DNA of 64,000 nt, taken from assembly GCA_964474085.1 (NCBI GenBank), contig CAYYRJ010000003.1:21348-85347 (forward strand). Direction: 5' to 3'. The stretch's first letter is position 1. Each line of letters opens with the position of its first letter. The position numbers and the translations under genes are program-made. Under the pieces are notes generated by a model. The model was not told the DNA's origin and did not search any database. It was given only the letters and a program-made list of their open reading frames with translations. This document shows, one piece after another, positions 1-10,132 of the stretch. Source of the DNA: an uncultured Planctomycetales bacterium. GTDB taxonomy: Bacteria > Omnitrophota > Gorgyraeia > Zapsychrales > JANLHA01.

Positions 1-335
1 AATTCCAAAGGCAACTGGTTAATTTTTGCTGCAAAGATAAAATCATTTTCACTTAAACCTTTGAGCGCGTGTGTCGTTAAAACAATCTCTAAATTCCGAT
101 ATCCCGACAAATGAATATCCGGATGATGGTTTTCATCCTCCGCGATAGAGGCAACTTTATTGATTAAACGTATCGCAGCCATAAAGTTTTTCATTCCAAA
201 TTTCCGGGAAATGCTATCGGAGTTTACACTTAATTGCCAACCGGTGATATCGTTTAGCAATTTTACCGCTGCATCGTTGGTTAAAGCTTTTGCTGTGCCT
301 TCACAGGGGACACATTTTTTTTGGTCTAAAGTCAT
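1..335 (-). CDS. pterin-4a-carbinolamine dehydratase (PCD/DCoH-like); C-terminal part runs off the window start
   Basis: Minus-strand translation from ATG at 335-333 gives MTLDQKKCVPCEG...IAEDENHHPDIHLSGYRNLEIVLTTHA; the E-x-HHPD motif is the PCD family signature. The ATG overlaps the upstream gene stop (ATGA). Confidence 0.6.
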   Translation of the reverse strand, partial: MTLDQKKCVPCEGTAKALTNDAAVKLLNDITGWQLSVNSDSISRKFGMKNFMAAIRLINKVASIAEDENHHPDIHLSGYRNLEIVLTTHALKGLSENDFIFAAKINQLPLE

Positions 336-892
336 AGAGCAAGTTCGACGGTAATTTCGGGATTATACTCATCCCGCAAAAGGTTTTCAATGGCTTTTAA
401 GGTTCCCATTGCAGAACTTGGGCAGGACCCGCAGGCCCCCTGATAATTGATGCGCAAAACGTTTCCCTCTAAAGCAAGCAATTGCAAGTCTCCCCCATCC
501 ATCTGTAAATAAGGACGGACACTTTTGTTGATGATCGAATCAATTTTGATCAATTCCGGATCGGTTAAAGGCGGCTTTGTCGTTTGAAATGACGTGTCCG
601 TTTCAAAGTTTGGGTCATGCGCGGCAATTTCTTCCAAGATGGTTATTTTGACTTTTTCTTCCAGGACATCCCAATCGGCGGCGCCGTCCTGTGTCACGGT
701 AATATAATTATCAAAAAAATAAACTTCAGCAACATGGGGAATTGAAAAGATTTTTCGGGCTAAGGGGTTCTTGTGGCATTCCTCGGCATTGCGGTAAGTG
801 ATGTTGCCGCTGGTTTTAACAGGTGTATTAACAACAAATTTAAGTGCGTTGGGATTTGGCGTGCCTTGTATCATTATTCGATAGTCCATCAT
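332..892 (-). CDS. Nfu/NifU-like Fe-S cluster scaffold (Nfu_N domain + NifU C-terminal CxxC domain)
   Basis: N-terminal IMIQGTPNPNALKF (Nfu_N), C-terminal VRPYLQMDGGD...GACGSCPSS (NifU C-term). Internal start MMDYR chosen over the longer ORF. Confidence 0.75.
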   Translation of the reverse strand: MMDYRIMIQGTPNPNALKFVVNTPVKTSGNITYRNAEECHKNPLARKIFSIPHVAEVYFFDNYITVTQDGAADWDVLEEKVKITILEEIAAHDPNFETDTSFQTTKPPLTDPELIKIDSIINKSVRPYLQMDGGDLQLLALEGNVLRINYQGACGSCPSSAMGTLKAIENLLRDEYNPEITVELAL

Positions 893-1025
893 AAGCTCCT
901 TTAGCGCAAGAAATGCATTTTGTGACGGCAATTTTAGCAAAGAACACTTAAAAGTCAAGTATTTAATAAGTTGTATTTTGCCTTATTTGCAGTATAGCGC
1001 AGAGGTGTTGAAAGACGAGAATAGT

Positions 1026-2222
1026 TTAAACCGTAATGTAGTTTTGAACAATGTAGTCTGCAAACGGGAATGCGCAGGTAAAAGCGGGTGAAACCGCATT
1101 GAGGACATGGACACTGTTTTTGTCGGCTTCGATAACGAAGTCTTGCACAAGCGAAAGGTTTGTTTTATCCAAGAGTTGGGCGCGAATGCCGGGCTTAGTC
1201 CATGTGGTAAACCCGGCCGGATCAATTTTTTGAACCATCGCCGTTGCAAGACTTATAAAATAAGTCTTGTTGTATTTGCGCATTTCTTCAAAGGCAAGCT
1301 CGCGGAATTTAAACGAGTTGGTCAAAAACAAACGGGTTTGATACGAGAGCGTTGAGGCGCATTCGCTAAAATTAAATTTGGATAGGCCTTGATAATTTTC
1401 GCGCCAAAAAGCGGGAATTGCCGTCGGGCCGATTTTGATGTCGCCTGTCACGGTTTTGGTATAGTGGACGCCTAAGAACGGATTTTTTAAATTCGGGACT
1501 GGATAAATATTGATTTTAATATCGGTTTTGTTCTTTGTGTACTTTAGATAAAGACCTTTAAACGGCATCATCGTATAACGATGCCCAAAGCCAAAATCTT
1601 GTGCTACTTTGTCCGCATAAAGTCCACTGCAGTTAATAATTTTTACAGCAGTAAAATCTCCGGCAGTTGTTCGAACTGTATTATCTTGATGCGATAAATA
1701 TCGGGTATTAAATGAAAAATCAACGTCTAGATTTTTTAAATCATTTTTAATGTTAAAACAAACTTCTTTAGGATCCACGCTGGCGGTGTCGGGCGAATAC
1801 AGGGCTTTTTGAAAAGTTTTAACATTGGGTTCAAACTCTCTGGCTTGCCCCTCGGAAATGATACGGACATTTGAGCCATTGCGCTTACCTCGTCGCTCAA
1901 GCTCATAAAGCTGGTTTAATTCGGTTTCATTTTGTGCAACGACAAGTTTTCCGCACTCATTGATGGGGATATTTTTTGACCGGCAATACGCTTTCATCTG
2001 ACGGCTGCCTTCGACGGTAAATTTTGCTTTAAGGCTGTCGGCTGTATAATAAAATCCTGCATGCAAAACACCGCTGTTGCGTCCGGAAGCGTGGACGGCG
2101 CAGTCTTCTTCTTTATCAAGAATTAAAATTCGTGCATTTGACGATTTGGCTTTCAGGGAACGGGCAACGCTTAAGCCGATGATGCCGGCACCGATGATAA
2201 GATAGTCGTATGATTTTTGCAT
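1026..2222 (-). CDS. FAD-dependent oxidoreductase, L-2-hydroxyglutarate oxidase (LhgO)-like
   Basis: N-terminal YDYLIIGAGIIGLSVA dinucleotide-binding motif and HASGRNSGVLHAGFYY typical of the LhgO/GlpD family; 398 aa. Confidence 0.65.
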   Translation of the reverse strand: MQKSYDYLIIGAGIIGLSVARSLKAKSSNARILILDKEEDCAVHASGRNSGVLHAGFYYTADSLKAKFTVEGSRQMKAYCRSKNIPINECGKLVVAQNETELNQLYELERRGKRNGSNVRIISEGQAREFEPNVKTFQKALYSPDTASVDPKEVCFNIKNDLKNLDVDFSFNTRYLSHQDNTVRTTAGDFTAVKIINCSGLYADKVAQDFGFGHRYTMMPFKGLYLKYTKNKTDIKINIYPVPNLKNPFLGVHYTKTVTGDIKIGPTAIPAFWRENYQGLSKFNFSECASTLSYQTRLFLTNSFKFRELAFEEMRKYNKTYFISLATAMVQKIDPAGFTTWTKPGIRAQLLDKTNLSLVQDFVIEADKNSVHVLNAVSPAFTCAFPFADYIVQNYITV

Positions 2223-2278
2223 TCGTAAAATATAAAGGTTTTTATTGTAAATTTCAACTTAATGTTAAAATATTCACC

Positions 2279-2518
2279 ATGTCTGAGACAAACTCTTATC
2301 ACCCATATCCTATTGACGTTGAAGCCCGACGCTATTCTTGGTGTTCGTGCGGGCATTCAAAAAAACAACCCTTTTGCGATGGCAATCACGGCGAAAGTGG
2401 TTTTTTTCCTAAGACAGTTACCTTTACCGAAAAACAAACTGTTGTCTTTTGCGGCTGTAAAGCAACCTCCACTCCCCCATTTTGTGACGGAAGTCATAAG
2501 CATTTTAAAAAAGATTAA
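2279..2518 (+). CDS. CDGSH iron-sulfur domain protein (two CDGSH-type motifs)
   Basis: Contains CDGNH and CDGSH motifs (C-x-C-x2-(S/T)-x3-P-x-CDG(S/N)H); start taken at MSETNSYHP, divergent from the LhgO-like gene. Confidence 0.75.
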   Translation: MSETNSYHPYPIDVEARRYSWCSCGHSKKQPFCDGNHGESGFFPKTVTFTEKQTVVFCGCKATSTPPFCDGSHKHFKKD

Positions 2519-2662
2519 TGTTGGGAATCTTAAAGGGTACACTATCCTTGCTCGAACAGTCCTCGCTCAAGTCGGTTCTTCTAAAATAAAAACCGTAAGT
2601 AACCGACTTGGCTGCGGAACTCGCTGGATAGTGCACCCTTTAAGATTCTAAACTAAAGCGTA

Positions 2663-3265
2663 TTATTTTTCTAAAACGTAAATCCCGATATGGGCAAAGA
2701 GATTGGGGAAAAACGGAATTTCTTTGGTCGTGTCGATGGCGCGTTCTTTGCGGATTTTGATGTGGTTGACTTTGCAAAAAGTTTTAAAATCTTTAAGCGA
2801 AAAGAAGCGCAAGTTGGGCGTATCGTACCATTGATAGGGCAACTCTTTGGTGACAGGAACGCGGCCGCGAAAAAATATTTGAAAACGCGCAAGGATATGG
2901 CAAAAATTCGGAATACCGACGACAACTTTCTTGCCGACACGCAAAGCTTCCAGGATGGCTTTTTGCGGACTTAACATCTGCTGCAAACTTTCGTTAAGAA
3001 TCACGTAATCAAAACGTTTGTCAGCGTACTCGCTTAAGCCTGAATCGATATCTCCGTGTGAAACGGTCAAGCCTTTGGCGATGCAGGCATAAATTGCTTT
3101 TTCGTCGATTTCGATGCCGGTGGCTTTGCAGGCTTTGTATTCAATAAGCAAAGACAACAGTTCCCCGTCGCCGCAACCTAAATCGAGAACTTTTGAACTG
3201 CGTTCAACAAGATCCGTGATCACGCGATAATCAAGGCGAATTTTGGGGTCGTTTAAAATAGCCAT
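2663..3265 (-). CDS. metW: methionine biosynthesis protein MetW
   Basis: 200 aa, LDLGCGDGELL SAM-MTase-like motif, immediately downstream of metX; classical metXW arrangement. Confidence 0.8.
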   Translation of the reverse strand: MAILNDPKIRLDYRVITDLVERSSKVLDLGCGDGELLSLLIEYKACKATGIEIDEKAIYACIAKGLTVSHGDIDSGLSEYADKRFDYVILNESLQQMLSPQKAILEALRVGKKVVVGIPNFCHILARFQIFFRGRVPVTKELPYQWYDTPNLRFFSLKDFKTFCKVNHIKIRKERAIDTTKEIPFFPNLFAHIGIYVLEK

Positions 3266-3266
3266 A

Positions 3267-4415
3267 TTAAATTGTGAAATCCTCTTTGGTTTCTTTTTCC
3301 ATGCGGGTCAAGAAGTGTTTCACTAAATGCGATTGCCCTTCTATCTCGACGAGAAAAGCGTCGTGCCCATAATTGGTATTAATTTCTATGTAGGAGACGT
3401 CCAGCCCGCCAAGTTTAAGCGCTTTGACAAATTCTTTAGATTGATAAGCTGGGTATAACCAGTCGGATGTAAAGGCGATCACCAAAAAATGCGACTTTGT
3501 ATTCTTAAAAACAGTGTTTAAATTGCCTTCTTCGGCTAAATCAAAATAATCTAGCGCTTTAGTCAGATACAAATAGGAATTGGCATCAAAGCGTTGGACA
3601 AAACTGTCACCTCGATACTTTAGATAATTTTCGACTTCGAAATCCGTCGAGAAATCATATCCGAGTTTTTCTTTGCCGATGAGTTTGCGGCCAAACTTTT
3701 CGTCCATGGACTTTTCGCTCATATAAGTAATGTGCCCGATCATCCGTGAGAGCGCCATGCCGCGAGCAGGCAGAGTCTTTCCATAATAGTCGCCCCCGCA
3801 CCACTCGGGATCCGACATAATGGCTTGACGGCAAACTTCGTGTAAAGCGATTTGTTGGGCAGTGTGACGGTGATTGGTGGCAACTGCGATAACCGATTTG
3901 ACCATCTCTGGATACATGATCGCCCATTTAAGCGCCTGCAAGCCGCCCATCGAGCCGCCGGCGACCGACAGCAATTTTGCAATTCCTAAATGTTCAATGA
4001 GTTTGCGTTGCGCGACGACCATGTCTTCAATCGTGACAACAGGAAAACTCAAGCCATAAGGTTTGCCGGTTGCGGGATTTATTGATGTTGGTCCCGTCGA
4101 ACCTTTGCAGCTGCCTAGGCAGTTAGACGAAATGATAAAATATTTGTCTGTATCAAATGCTTTGCCCGGGCCGATCATGCCATCCCACCAGCCGGGTTTT
4201 TTGGCATCTTTATGAAAACCGGCGGCATGCGCATCCCCTGTCAAAGCATGAAAAATAAGAATGGCATTCGATTTTGCAGCATTAAGCTCGCCGTAAGTTT
4301 CATAAGCGAGGGTTATAGGTCCAAGTTTAATACCGCTTTTGAGAACCATTTCGTTGGGCGGTTCTCCAAATGAAAAGAATTTTGTTTCGACGATACCTAA
4401 GGATTCTGCGGGCAT
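3267..4415 (-). CDS. metX: homoserine O-acetyltransferase MetX (alpha/beta hydrolase)
   Basis: [16 protein letters not shown]...[41 protein letters not shown] nucleophile elbow; internal start MPAESLG chosen so the gene abuts nadA. Confidence 0.85.
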   Translation of the reverse strand: MPAESLGIVETKFFSFGEPPNEMVLKSGIKLGPITLAYETYGELNAAKSNAILIFHALTGDAHAAGFHKDAKKPGWWDGMIGPGKAFDTDKYFIISSNCLGSCKGSTGPTSINPATGKPYGLSFPVVTIEDMVVAQRKLIEHLGIAKLLSVAGGSMGGLQALKWAIMYPEMVKSVIAVATNHRHTAQQIALHEVCRQAIMSDPEWCGGDYYGKTLPARGMALSRMIGHITYMSEKSMDEKFGRKLIGKEKLGYDFSTDFEVENYLKYRGDSFVQRFDANSYLYLTKALDYFDLAEEGNLNTVFKNTKSHFLVIAFTSDWLYPAYQSKEFVKALKLGGLDVSYIEINTNYGHDAFLVEIEGQSHLVKHFLTRMEKETKEDFTI

Positions 4416-4416
4416 A

Positions 4417-5448
4417 TTATCCTTCAACATAGCGAAACATCGCTTCAATGGTTTTATACGCGCGGTCGCGGATTGAGGCGTCAAGGACAACGCGATCGCG
4501 GTTGGTCGGGTTTTTAAAGACGCGCAAAATGTCTTCCAACGTATTGGATTTCATATATTTGCATAAGGTGCACGAACCGACAAGTTTTTTATTAGGAAAT
4601 TCAACCTCAAGCCGCGAGGATAGCCCGCATTCGGTCAACATCAAAAATTCTTTGGCCTCGGTTTTTTTCATGTACGTGAGCATTTGCGCCGTCGAGCCGA
4701 CAAAGTCCGAGTCATGAATTATCGCTGGAGAACATTCGGGATGGCTGACAACTTTGGCATTGGGATATTCGAGACGGATCTTATGGATCTGATCTGGTGT
4801 ATATTCTTCGTGCACGTAACAGGTGCCGTTAAAAAACTTGATGTCCTTTTTGACCCCGCGCTTTTTGATTTCTTCGATCAGATTTAAACCCATCAGTTTG
4901 TCGGGCAAAAAATAGATTTTGTCGTTGGGGATGCGCTCGACAATGTCATAGACATTCGCCGATGTCACGCAAACATCACTCTCTGCTTTGACTTCGGCGG
5001 TTGTGTTGATGTAACAGACAAAGGTATAGTCAGGAAATTCTTTTCTAAGTCGGCGAACCTCGTCGCCGCTAATTGCATCAGCCAGTGTGCAGCCGTCGAG
5101 CAGTCCGGGGATCAAAACTTCTTTTTCGGGATTGAGTATTTGTGCCGTTTCACCCATAAAACGGACGGCCGCAAAAATGATTTTTTTAGCCGACGTCGAC
5201 ATCGCATCTTTGCTTAGCGCATACGAATCGCCGACAAAATCTGCGACCCCGTAAATGATCTCAGGCGAAACGTAGGAATGCGCGAGGATAACGGCATTTT
5301 GCTGTTCTTTAAGGGCGTTGATTTCATTGATCAGCGGTACAAATTCTTCGCATTTTTTGAGGCTGTATTTGCACACCGTTCCCCCGACCCTGACGTTTTG
5401 CAGGATTTGATAAAGTTCCTCGGTGGTAAAGTGTTTTTTGCTTGTCAT
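4417..5448 (-). CDS. nadA: quinolinate synthase NadA
   Basis: [53 protein letters not shown] match NadA blocks; start at MTSKKHF. Confidence 0.85.
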   Translation of the reverse strand: MTSKKHFTTEELYQILQNVRVGGTVCKYSLKKCEEFVPLINEINALKEQQNAVILAHSYVSPEIIYGVADFVGDSYALSKDAMSTSAKKIIFAAVRFMGETAQILNPEKEVLIPGLLDGCTLADAISGDEVRRLRKEFPDYTFVCYINTTAEVKAESDVCVTSANVYDIVERIPNDKIYFLPDKLMGLNLIEEIKKRGVKKDIKFFNGTCYVHEEYTPDQIHKIRLEYPNAKVVSHPECSPAIIHDSDFVGSTAQMLTYMKKTEAKEFLMLTECGLSSRLEVEFPNKKLVGSCTLCKYMKSNTLEDILRVFKNPTNRDRVVLDASIRDRAYKTIEAMFRYVEG

Positions 5449-5548
5449 AGTGGATGCAATATAGCGTATTTGAGGTGGAAAATCAATATCGTTGTAGGGA
5501 CAGGTAGGCAACAGGCATGCCTGTTCTCCACAGAAATGTGACGTGTGG

Positions 5549-6919
5549 TCACTTAGCTTTAAGCGCGTGCGGTGAAGCGGCGATGATTAAGACATCCAAA
5601 AATTGTCCGGGCTTAAAATTTCCTTTTCCCAAAAGCACAAGATGGCCGCCGTCGGTGCGGCCGACGAAATCATTTTGCAATTTATTGGTCCCCTGCTCAA
5701 CTAAAACATTGAGCGTTTTGCCGATATGAGCGGCATTCTTTTTGTGAGTGATGTCTTTCTGGATATCCTGAAGGCGAATGATGCGTTTCTTTTTGTCTTC
5801 GTCAGAAACATCATCGGGATACTTTTTCGAAGCAATTGTGTTTTTGCGCTCCGAATATTTAAAAATAAAGGCCGCATCAAACTCAACCTGTTGGATAACG
5901 TTGACAGTGTCTTCAAATTCTGCGTCCGTTTCCGTCGGAAAACCAACAATGACATCGGTTGAAAGAAAAATATCCGGACACAGCCGGCGGATTTTGGCGG
6001 CCAGATCGATAAAATCTTTTTGCGTATAGGTGCGGTTCATCAATTCCAAAATGCGATCATTGCCAGCTTGCAGGGGCAAATGAATGTGTTTGCAAACCTT
6101 TGGGTTGTTAGCCACGACGTCGATTAATTTATCAGGAAAATCTTTTGGATGCGGCGAGGTAAAGCGAATACGTTTAATGCCGTCGATTTTACTAACCGCG
6201 TTAAGCAGGTCAGCAAAGTCCCGCGGTTGACTGTCATTGCGAGGAGCCGAAGGCGACGAAGCAATCTCTAGATTTTGTTGTGAATAATCCTTATATGAAT
6301 TGACGTTCTGTCCTAGGAGAGTGACTTGCTGAAAGCCTTCGGCCACAAGGCGTGTCACTTCTTCGACCACGTTTTCAACGGATCGGCTGCGTTCTCGGCC
6401 GCGTGTGTAAGGCACGACGCAAAAGGTACAAAAATTATCGCACCCTCGCATGACAGATACCCATGCGTTGACGCCGGTTTTGTGCTGGGGATAAATGTCC
6501 GAGTAAGTTTCGAATTCCGAAAGCGTCACGTCGAAAGGCTTTTCGCCATGCAATCCCGACTGACGTATCAAATCGCCTAAACGCTTGTAGCTGTCGGGTC
6601 CAGCGATAAAATCAATAGCAAGATTTTCATTGTCCAGCAATTCTTGGCGCAAGTTCGTTGCCATACAACCTAAAATGCCAATGGTAACCGGCTTACCTTC
6701 ACGCTTGTGTCGAATCTCGTGAACGCGTCCGTAAACTTTGCGATGCGCGTTTTCGCGGATGGCACACGTGTTAAGCATCACGACGTCGGCCTGCAACTCA
6801 TCCTTGACGAATTCAAAATTTTCTTTGGCCAAAACGGCACGAATAATTTCCGTATCGGCCTCGTTCATTTGGCAGCCGTAGGTTTCGACAAATATTTTTT
6901 GTTTACCGTGATTTATCAT
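5549..6919 (-). CDS. miaB: tRNA-2-methylthio-N6-dimethylallyladenosine synthase MiaB (radical SAM methylthiotransferase)
   Basis: KIFVETYGCQMNEADTE UPF0004 domain, CDNFCTFCVVP radical-SAM CxxxCxxC, C-terminal TRAM; internal start MINHGKQ gives ~456 aa. Confidence 0.85.
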   Translation of the reverse strand: MINHGKQKIFVETYGCQMNEADTEIIRAVLAKENFEFVKDELQADVVMLNTCAIRENAHRKVYGRVHEIRHKREGKPVTIGILGCMATNLRQELLDNENLAIDFIAGPDSYKRLGDLIRQSGLHGEKPFDVTLSEFETYSDIYPQHKTGVNAWVSVMRGCDNFCTFCVVPYTRGRERSRSVENVVEEVTRLVAEGFQQVTLLGQNVNSYKDYSQQNLEIASSPSAPRNDSQPRDFADLLNAVSKIDGIKRIRFTSPHPKDFPDKLIDVVANNPKVCKHIHLPLQAGNDRILELMNRTYTQKDFIDLAAKIRRLCPDIFLSTDVIVGFPTETDAEFEDTVNVIQQVEFDAAFIFKYSERKNTIASKKYPDDVSDEDKKKRIIRLQDIQKDITHKKNAAHIGKTLNVLVEQGTNKLQNDFVGRTDGGHLVLLGKGNFKPGQFLDVLIIAASPHALKAK

Positions 6920-7028
6920 ATTCTCTGTCATCCCCGAATGTTTTTGTCGGGGATCCATTTTCTGTTTTTGAACCCGGCACTTTTGGAAATGTTCTCCTAG
7001 TTTCTCCTCTGCTGGGGCGCGCTCTCTT

Positions 7029-8348
7029 TTATTCTCTCCAGACCCCCTTAAAATATTCATACGCCTTACGTTTTTGGCGCATCAAAGGATCTGCGCCATT
7101 ACCGTAAGAAAGAATACCCCAATATTCATCATGCATCAGCGGTTGGTTTTCTACCCAATTGCGCCCTCCTGGGTTATGTTCAAATGGTTTGTAATTCATA
7201 TACCAATGATCGGTCCAATGGAAAAGACATGCTCCGATCACATTGCCGCGGCCTTGATTGTGGATCCAACGGTGATGCGCGCTGTTCTTAGAAATATCCT
7301 CCCACGCGACTTTAAAATACCGGTATTGCCGCTCTTCGTCCTCGCCCTTTTTTGAATACGCGAAAGCGCCAAACTCAGAAATAAAGATCGGCCGATCAAA
7401 GATCTCTTTTGTTTTTTCCCAAACAGGGGTGAATTCATACTGACGGTAGGAATTATAAGCAACAATATCCACCGCCGGAGCTAATTTCGCATAATGCTTG
7501 AGCATAACAAAATGCCCATCGTCCCCGTCGCAAATCGCTACGGGATGATCTGGGTCAAGTTCATGGATCATTTCCGCGATCTCCCCGACGAGACTGGCAT
7601 AAGCCTCCGGATGCTGCGGAGTGTTTTGAAATGACCAGGTGGAAATATTATTTTCATTTCCCAGAAGCCACATCAGAACATAGGGTTCATCTTTATGATC
7701 CAGCACCATGGCTTTCACGGATCGTTTAATATTCTCGCGATGTTTTTGGTTGGTATAATCCACCCCTTCTGTCCAGGGCACTCCCGCGCCGATCGTCCAG
7801 GATCCCATAAAATGTCCAACGATCACCCGGATCCCGAATCTTTGGTAGAGCTCCAGCAGGAGTTCTTTGTTAGGCGCGTGATCAAACATATTGCTTTGGT
7901 TCTTGTCGATCCTGTAAAGATCCCCAACAAAAGGATGATTCGATGCAAGATGATAGAGCCTGAGCGTGTTGACCCCCATTTCTTTAAGAAGCGCGAAATC
8001 ACCGGTAACGGGTTCTTCTGGATCACGGAGATTATTTTTGTTCTCATCGACCCATGTTTGATACGCGATGTCATTGATCTCGTCGCCGGTATGGTCAGGA
8101 TCCATCCAATCCTGCTGGGTGGCCTCATCAGGGCTTTCGCCGATATTGACCGGGCCAAAGACGACCCCCTTAATAAAATATGGCTTGCCCTCAACTAATA
8201 ATTGCCAAGTCCCGTCGTCGTATTTGACGGCTTTGACTTTGCCGCCGCGTTGTTCGACAATACTGCGCTCCTGGGCCTGGACAGGGTTAGCCCATAGCAC
8301 TGCGAAAAAGAGCCCATATCCGATAACTTTTATTCCGCACTGTCGCAT
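7029..8348 (-). CDS. secreted glycoside hydrolase, clan GH-A TIM-barrel candidate
   Basis: Signal peptide MRQCGIKVIGYGLFFAVLWANPVQA; LLGNENN (acid/base-like) and FISEFG (nucleophile-like) motifs; AGGAGA RBS 6 nt before the chosen ATG at 8348. Confidence 0.5.
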   Translation of the reverse strand: MRQCGIKVIGYGLFFAVLWANPVQAQERSIVEQRGGKVKAVKYDDGTWQLLVEGKPYFIKGVVFGPVNIGESPDEATQQDWMDPDHTGDEINDIAYQTWVDENKNNLRDPEEPVTGDFALLKEMGVNTLRLYHLASNHPFVGDLYRIDKNQSNMFDHAPNKELLLELYQRFGIRVIVGHFMGSWTIGAGVPWTEGVDYTNQKHRENIKRSVKAMVLDHKDEPYVLMWLLGNENNISTWSFQNTPQHPEAYASLVGEIAEMIHELDPDHPVAICDGDDGHFVMLKHYAKLAPAVDIVAYNSYRQYEFTPVWEKTKEIFDRPIFISEFGAFAYSKKGEDEERQYRYFKVAWEDISKNSAHHRWIHNQGRGNVIGACLFHWTDHWYMNYKPFEHNPGGRNWVENQPLMHDEYWGILSYGNGADPLMRQKRKAYEYFKGVWRE

Positions 8349-8373
8349 AAGAGATCTCCTGCTAACCGTCATT

Positions 8374-8402
8374 CGGAACATTTCCGGCAGTGCCGGGTTC
8401 AC
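8374..8402. repeat. D-family palindromic repeat (GGAACATTTCC + CCGGCNGTGCCGGGTTC), copy D1
   Basis: ggaacatttccggcagtgccgggttcac; same two-hairpin motif recurs at 10471, 11741, 13897, 15061, 16955 and 17512. Confidence 0.6.
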
Positions 8403-8551
8403 TTTATTGTTTTTGGGGAAATATACGCAATCTTTCCGTCTTTCCATACTGCCAGCGAGCGACCAGATTTTTTATGCCGCTCCACAACTTGCCGCACGGC
8501 TTTTTTTAACGCTGTTTCTGCTTTATCCTGCAAGGACAGTCTTTTTTTCAT
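8399..8551 (-). CDS. hypothetical ~50 aa protein translationally coupled to the zeta-like kinase (possible partner/antitoxin)
   Basis: ATG at 8551 overlaps the TGA of the upstream gene (ATGA); translation MKKRLSLQDKAETALKKAVRQVVERHKKSGRSLAVWKDGKIAYISPKTIK; not in the supplied track because it is <60 aa. Confidence 0.4.
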   Translation of the reverse strand: MKKRLSLQDKAETALKKAVRQVVERHKKSGRSLAVWKDGKIAYISPKTIK

Positions 8552-9126
8552 GCTTCTCCTCTGATTGTTAGGAATAAATTATTATCAAAGATCTCAGGGG
8601 AACCATTTTTCTTTTTTGCAATGAGGGCGGGTTTTATTTTTGAATTATCAAACAGCATCCATGAATCCAGTAATGGTTCGTATAATTTAAAGAAATTATT
8701 GATGCTGCGAGAAAAACGCCGTTTCACGTCCAGACTTGGCACATTGTGCCCGCCTTCTAAGACGCGATTTTTGATACGCGCAATTGCCAACCCTGTACTC
8801 GGAATCCATAAAAAGAAAAGATGGATGGCATAACCTTGTGATTTTAAATCTTTGAGTAAACCTGCATAAGATTTTCCTGACAATGTTGTCTCAAATGCAA
8901 AATCGATACGTCGCGCAGAGTAGTCGCTGATTTGCTGCAGAACAAGTTTTCCGGCTTTGATAGCGGCAGCGCGAGGTTCAAACGGTGCCAACCCTAGGGC
9001 AATGAGATCCGCATTAACAAAGTTGTTGCAATGAACATATTGCGGCAAAAACTCTCGAGCGAATGTTGTTTTGCCTGCTCCATTCGGGCCTGCAATAATA
9101 TAAACATTCGGATTATTTTTACTCAT
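8548..9126 (-). CDS. P-loop kinase, zeta-toxin / AAA_33-like family
   Basis: VYIIAGPNGAGKTTFA Walker A at the N-terminus, 192 aa, NADLIA block; resembles zeta toxin-family proteins. Confidence 0.55.
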   Translation of the reverse strand: MSKNNPNVYIIAGPNGAGKTTFAREFLPQYVHCNNFVNADLIALGLAPFEPRAAAIKAGKLVLQQISDYSARRIDFAFETTLSGKSYAGLLKDLKSQGYAIHLFFLWIPSTGLAIARIKNRVLEGGHNVPSLDVKRRFSRSINNFFKLYEPLLDSWMLFDNSKIKPALIAKKKNGSPEIFDNNLFLTIRGEA

Positions 9127-9151
9127 ATATTTTTCCTAAAAATTCTCTTAG

Positions 9152-9198
9152 AGTACTCAAATACTGCACCCTACGGGCAACCGTAGGTTTCGACGTAG
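9152..9198. repeat. U-family conserved palindromic element (short variant), copy U1
   Basis: tactcaaatactgcaccc + cctacgg-gcaa-ccgtagg hairpin + tttcgacg; conserved flanks shared with U2-U5. Confidence 0.55.
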
Positions 9199-9217
9199 AT
9201 TCTTTTATTTTTGATTA

Positions 9218-9841
9218 TCATAGTTCTTTATGCCGATTTGGAGGCAAGAGACTCTTAATGCATAAAATTAAGAGTAACAAAATTCCCAGAATAGTAAAAC
9301 CTGTTGTTATGTATAAGAAAGATACTCTGTATTCTTTAATTAATAAAAAATAAAGGGCTGTCATCAATGTGCAGAATTTTATCAATAAAATAACAGTTGT
9401 ATCTTTCTTAAAATTTGTAGTATATACCTCAAGATTCTTAATATTATTTTTTCTAGTATTGACCCGATTCTTGATTGATTCAAAATTCCGAAGATTGGTT
9501 TGATGAACTCTGAGTTCAGCTTCTAAACTAGCCATATCTTCTTGAGGGTCAGTTTTTCTTTTTTCTATTTTATGAATGATCGTCTTTATCTCGCTAGCCT
9601 TTATTTCGTGCGTATTTATAATTTTGTCCGCTTCTTGAGACAGCTCTTCGTTTGTATAAAACTCGTATCCCGAGAAATTGTTTACATGGCTTAGCAATCT
9701 TATGAAAACTCCCCATTTCTTTTCCATGTTATCGCCAATTACTTGGAGATGGTAAACGGCAAAAACTGCGGAAATGCCAATCATTGCTGCTAAAGATTGT
9801 ACAATAGTGCTGTAGGTCCAATAATAATGTTCTGGTTCCAT
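9218..9841 (-). CDS. hypothetical membrane protein (N- and C-terminal TM helices, central coiled-coil)
   Basis: Hydrophobic segments SLAAMIGISAVFAVY and ILLIKFCTLMTALYFLLI...GFTILGILLLLILCI; no recognisable family. Confidence 0.35.
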   Translation of the reverse strand: MEPEHYYWTYSTIVQSLAAMIGISAVFAVYHLQVIGDNMEKKWGVFIRLLSHVNNFSGYEFYTNEELSQEADKIINTHEIKASEIKTIIHKIEKRKTDPQEDMASLEAELRVHQTNLRNFESIKNRVNTRKNNIKNLEVYTTNFKKDTTVILLIKFCTLMTALYFLLIKEYRVSFLYITTGFTILGILLLLILCIKSLLPPNRHKEL

Positions 9842-9882
9842 ATTTTACTTAAAAGTTAAATTTTGGAATAATAGAGACGGTT

Positions 9883-10131
9883 TTAGTTAATATTTACGGC
9901 GGGTTTTCCGTCTAAATAGAGTGTGTCGGGGCAAAAATCTTGACCGTGAGGCCATTCGACACTACCTAAGAAAGGACGGACGGCATTAAAAAGTTTTAAA
10001 TCCTTCAATTCTCTAAATATTCCTTTATCTAAATAAGGCTTCACATCAAACACTTTCCTCTCCCCATTATCAAAGACAAGGGTTAAGGTGTAATCGGGAT
10101 TAGGTTTTACGTCTTTTATTCTGGGATTCAT
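9883..10131 (-). CDS. DUF2442 domain protein
   Basis: 82 aa; PNPDYTLTLVFDNGERKVFDVKPYL...WPHGQDFCPDTLY matches the DUF2442 pattern; directly downstream of the DUF4160 gene (known pair). Confidence 0.65.
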   Translation of the reverse strand: MNPRIKDVKPNPDYTLTLVFDNGERKVFDVKPYLDKGIFRELKDLKLFNAVRPFLGSVEWPHGQDFCPDTLYLDGKPAVNIN

Positions 10132-10132
10132 A

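Noticed and set aside
3267-7060. Long N-terminal extensions given by the ORF track for metX (to 4490), nadA (to 5511), miaB (to 7060), menB (to 63116), menE (to 60338) and the GH gene (to 8447)
   Set aside because: Extensions overlap the upstream gene or a repeat element and add non-conserved, unusual residues. Internal ATGs give family-typical lengths and, for the GH gene, a strong AGGAGA RBS.
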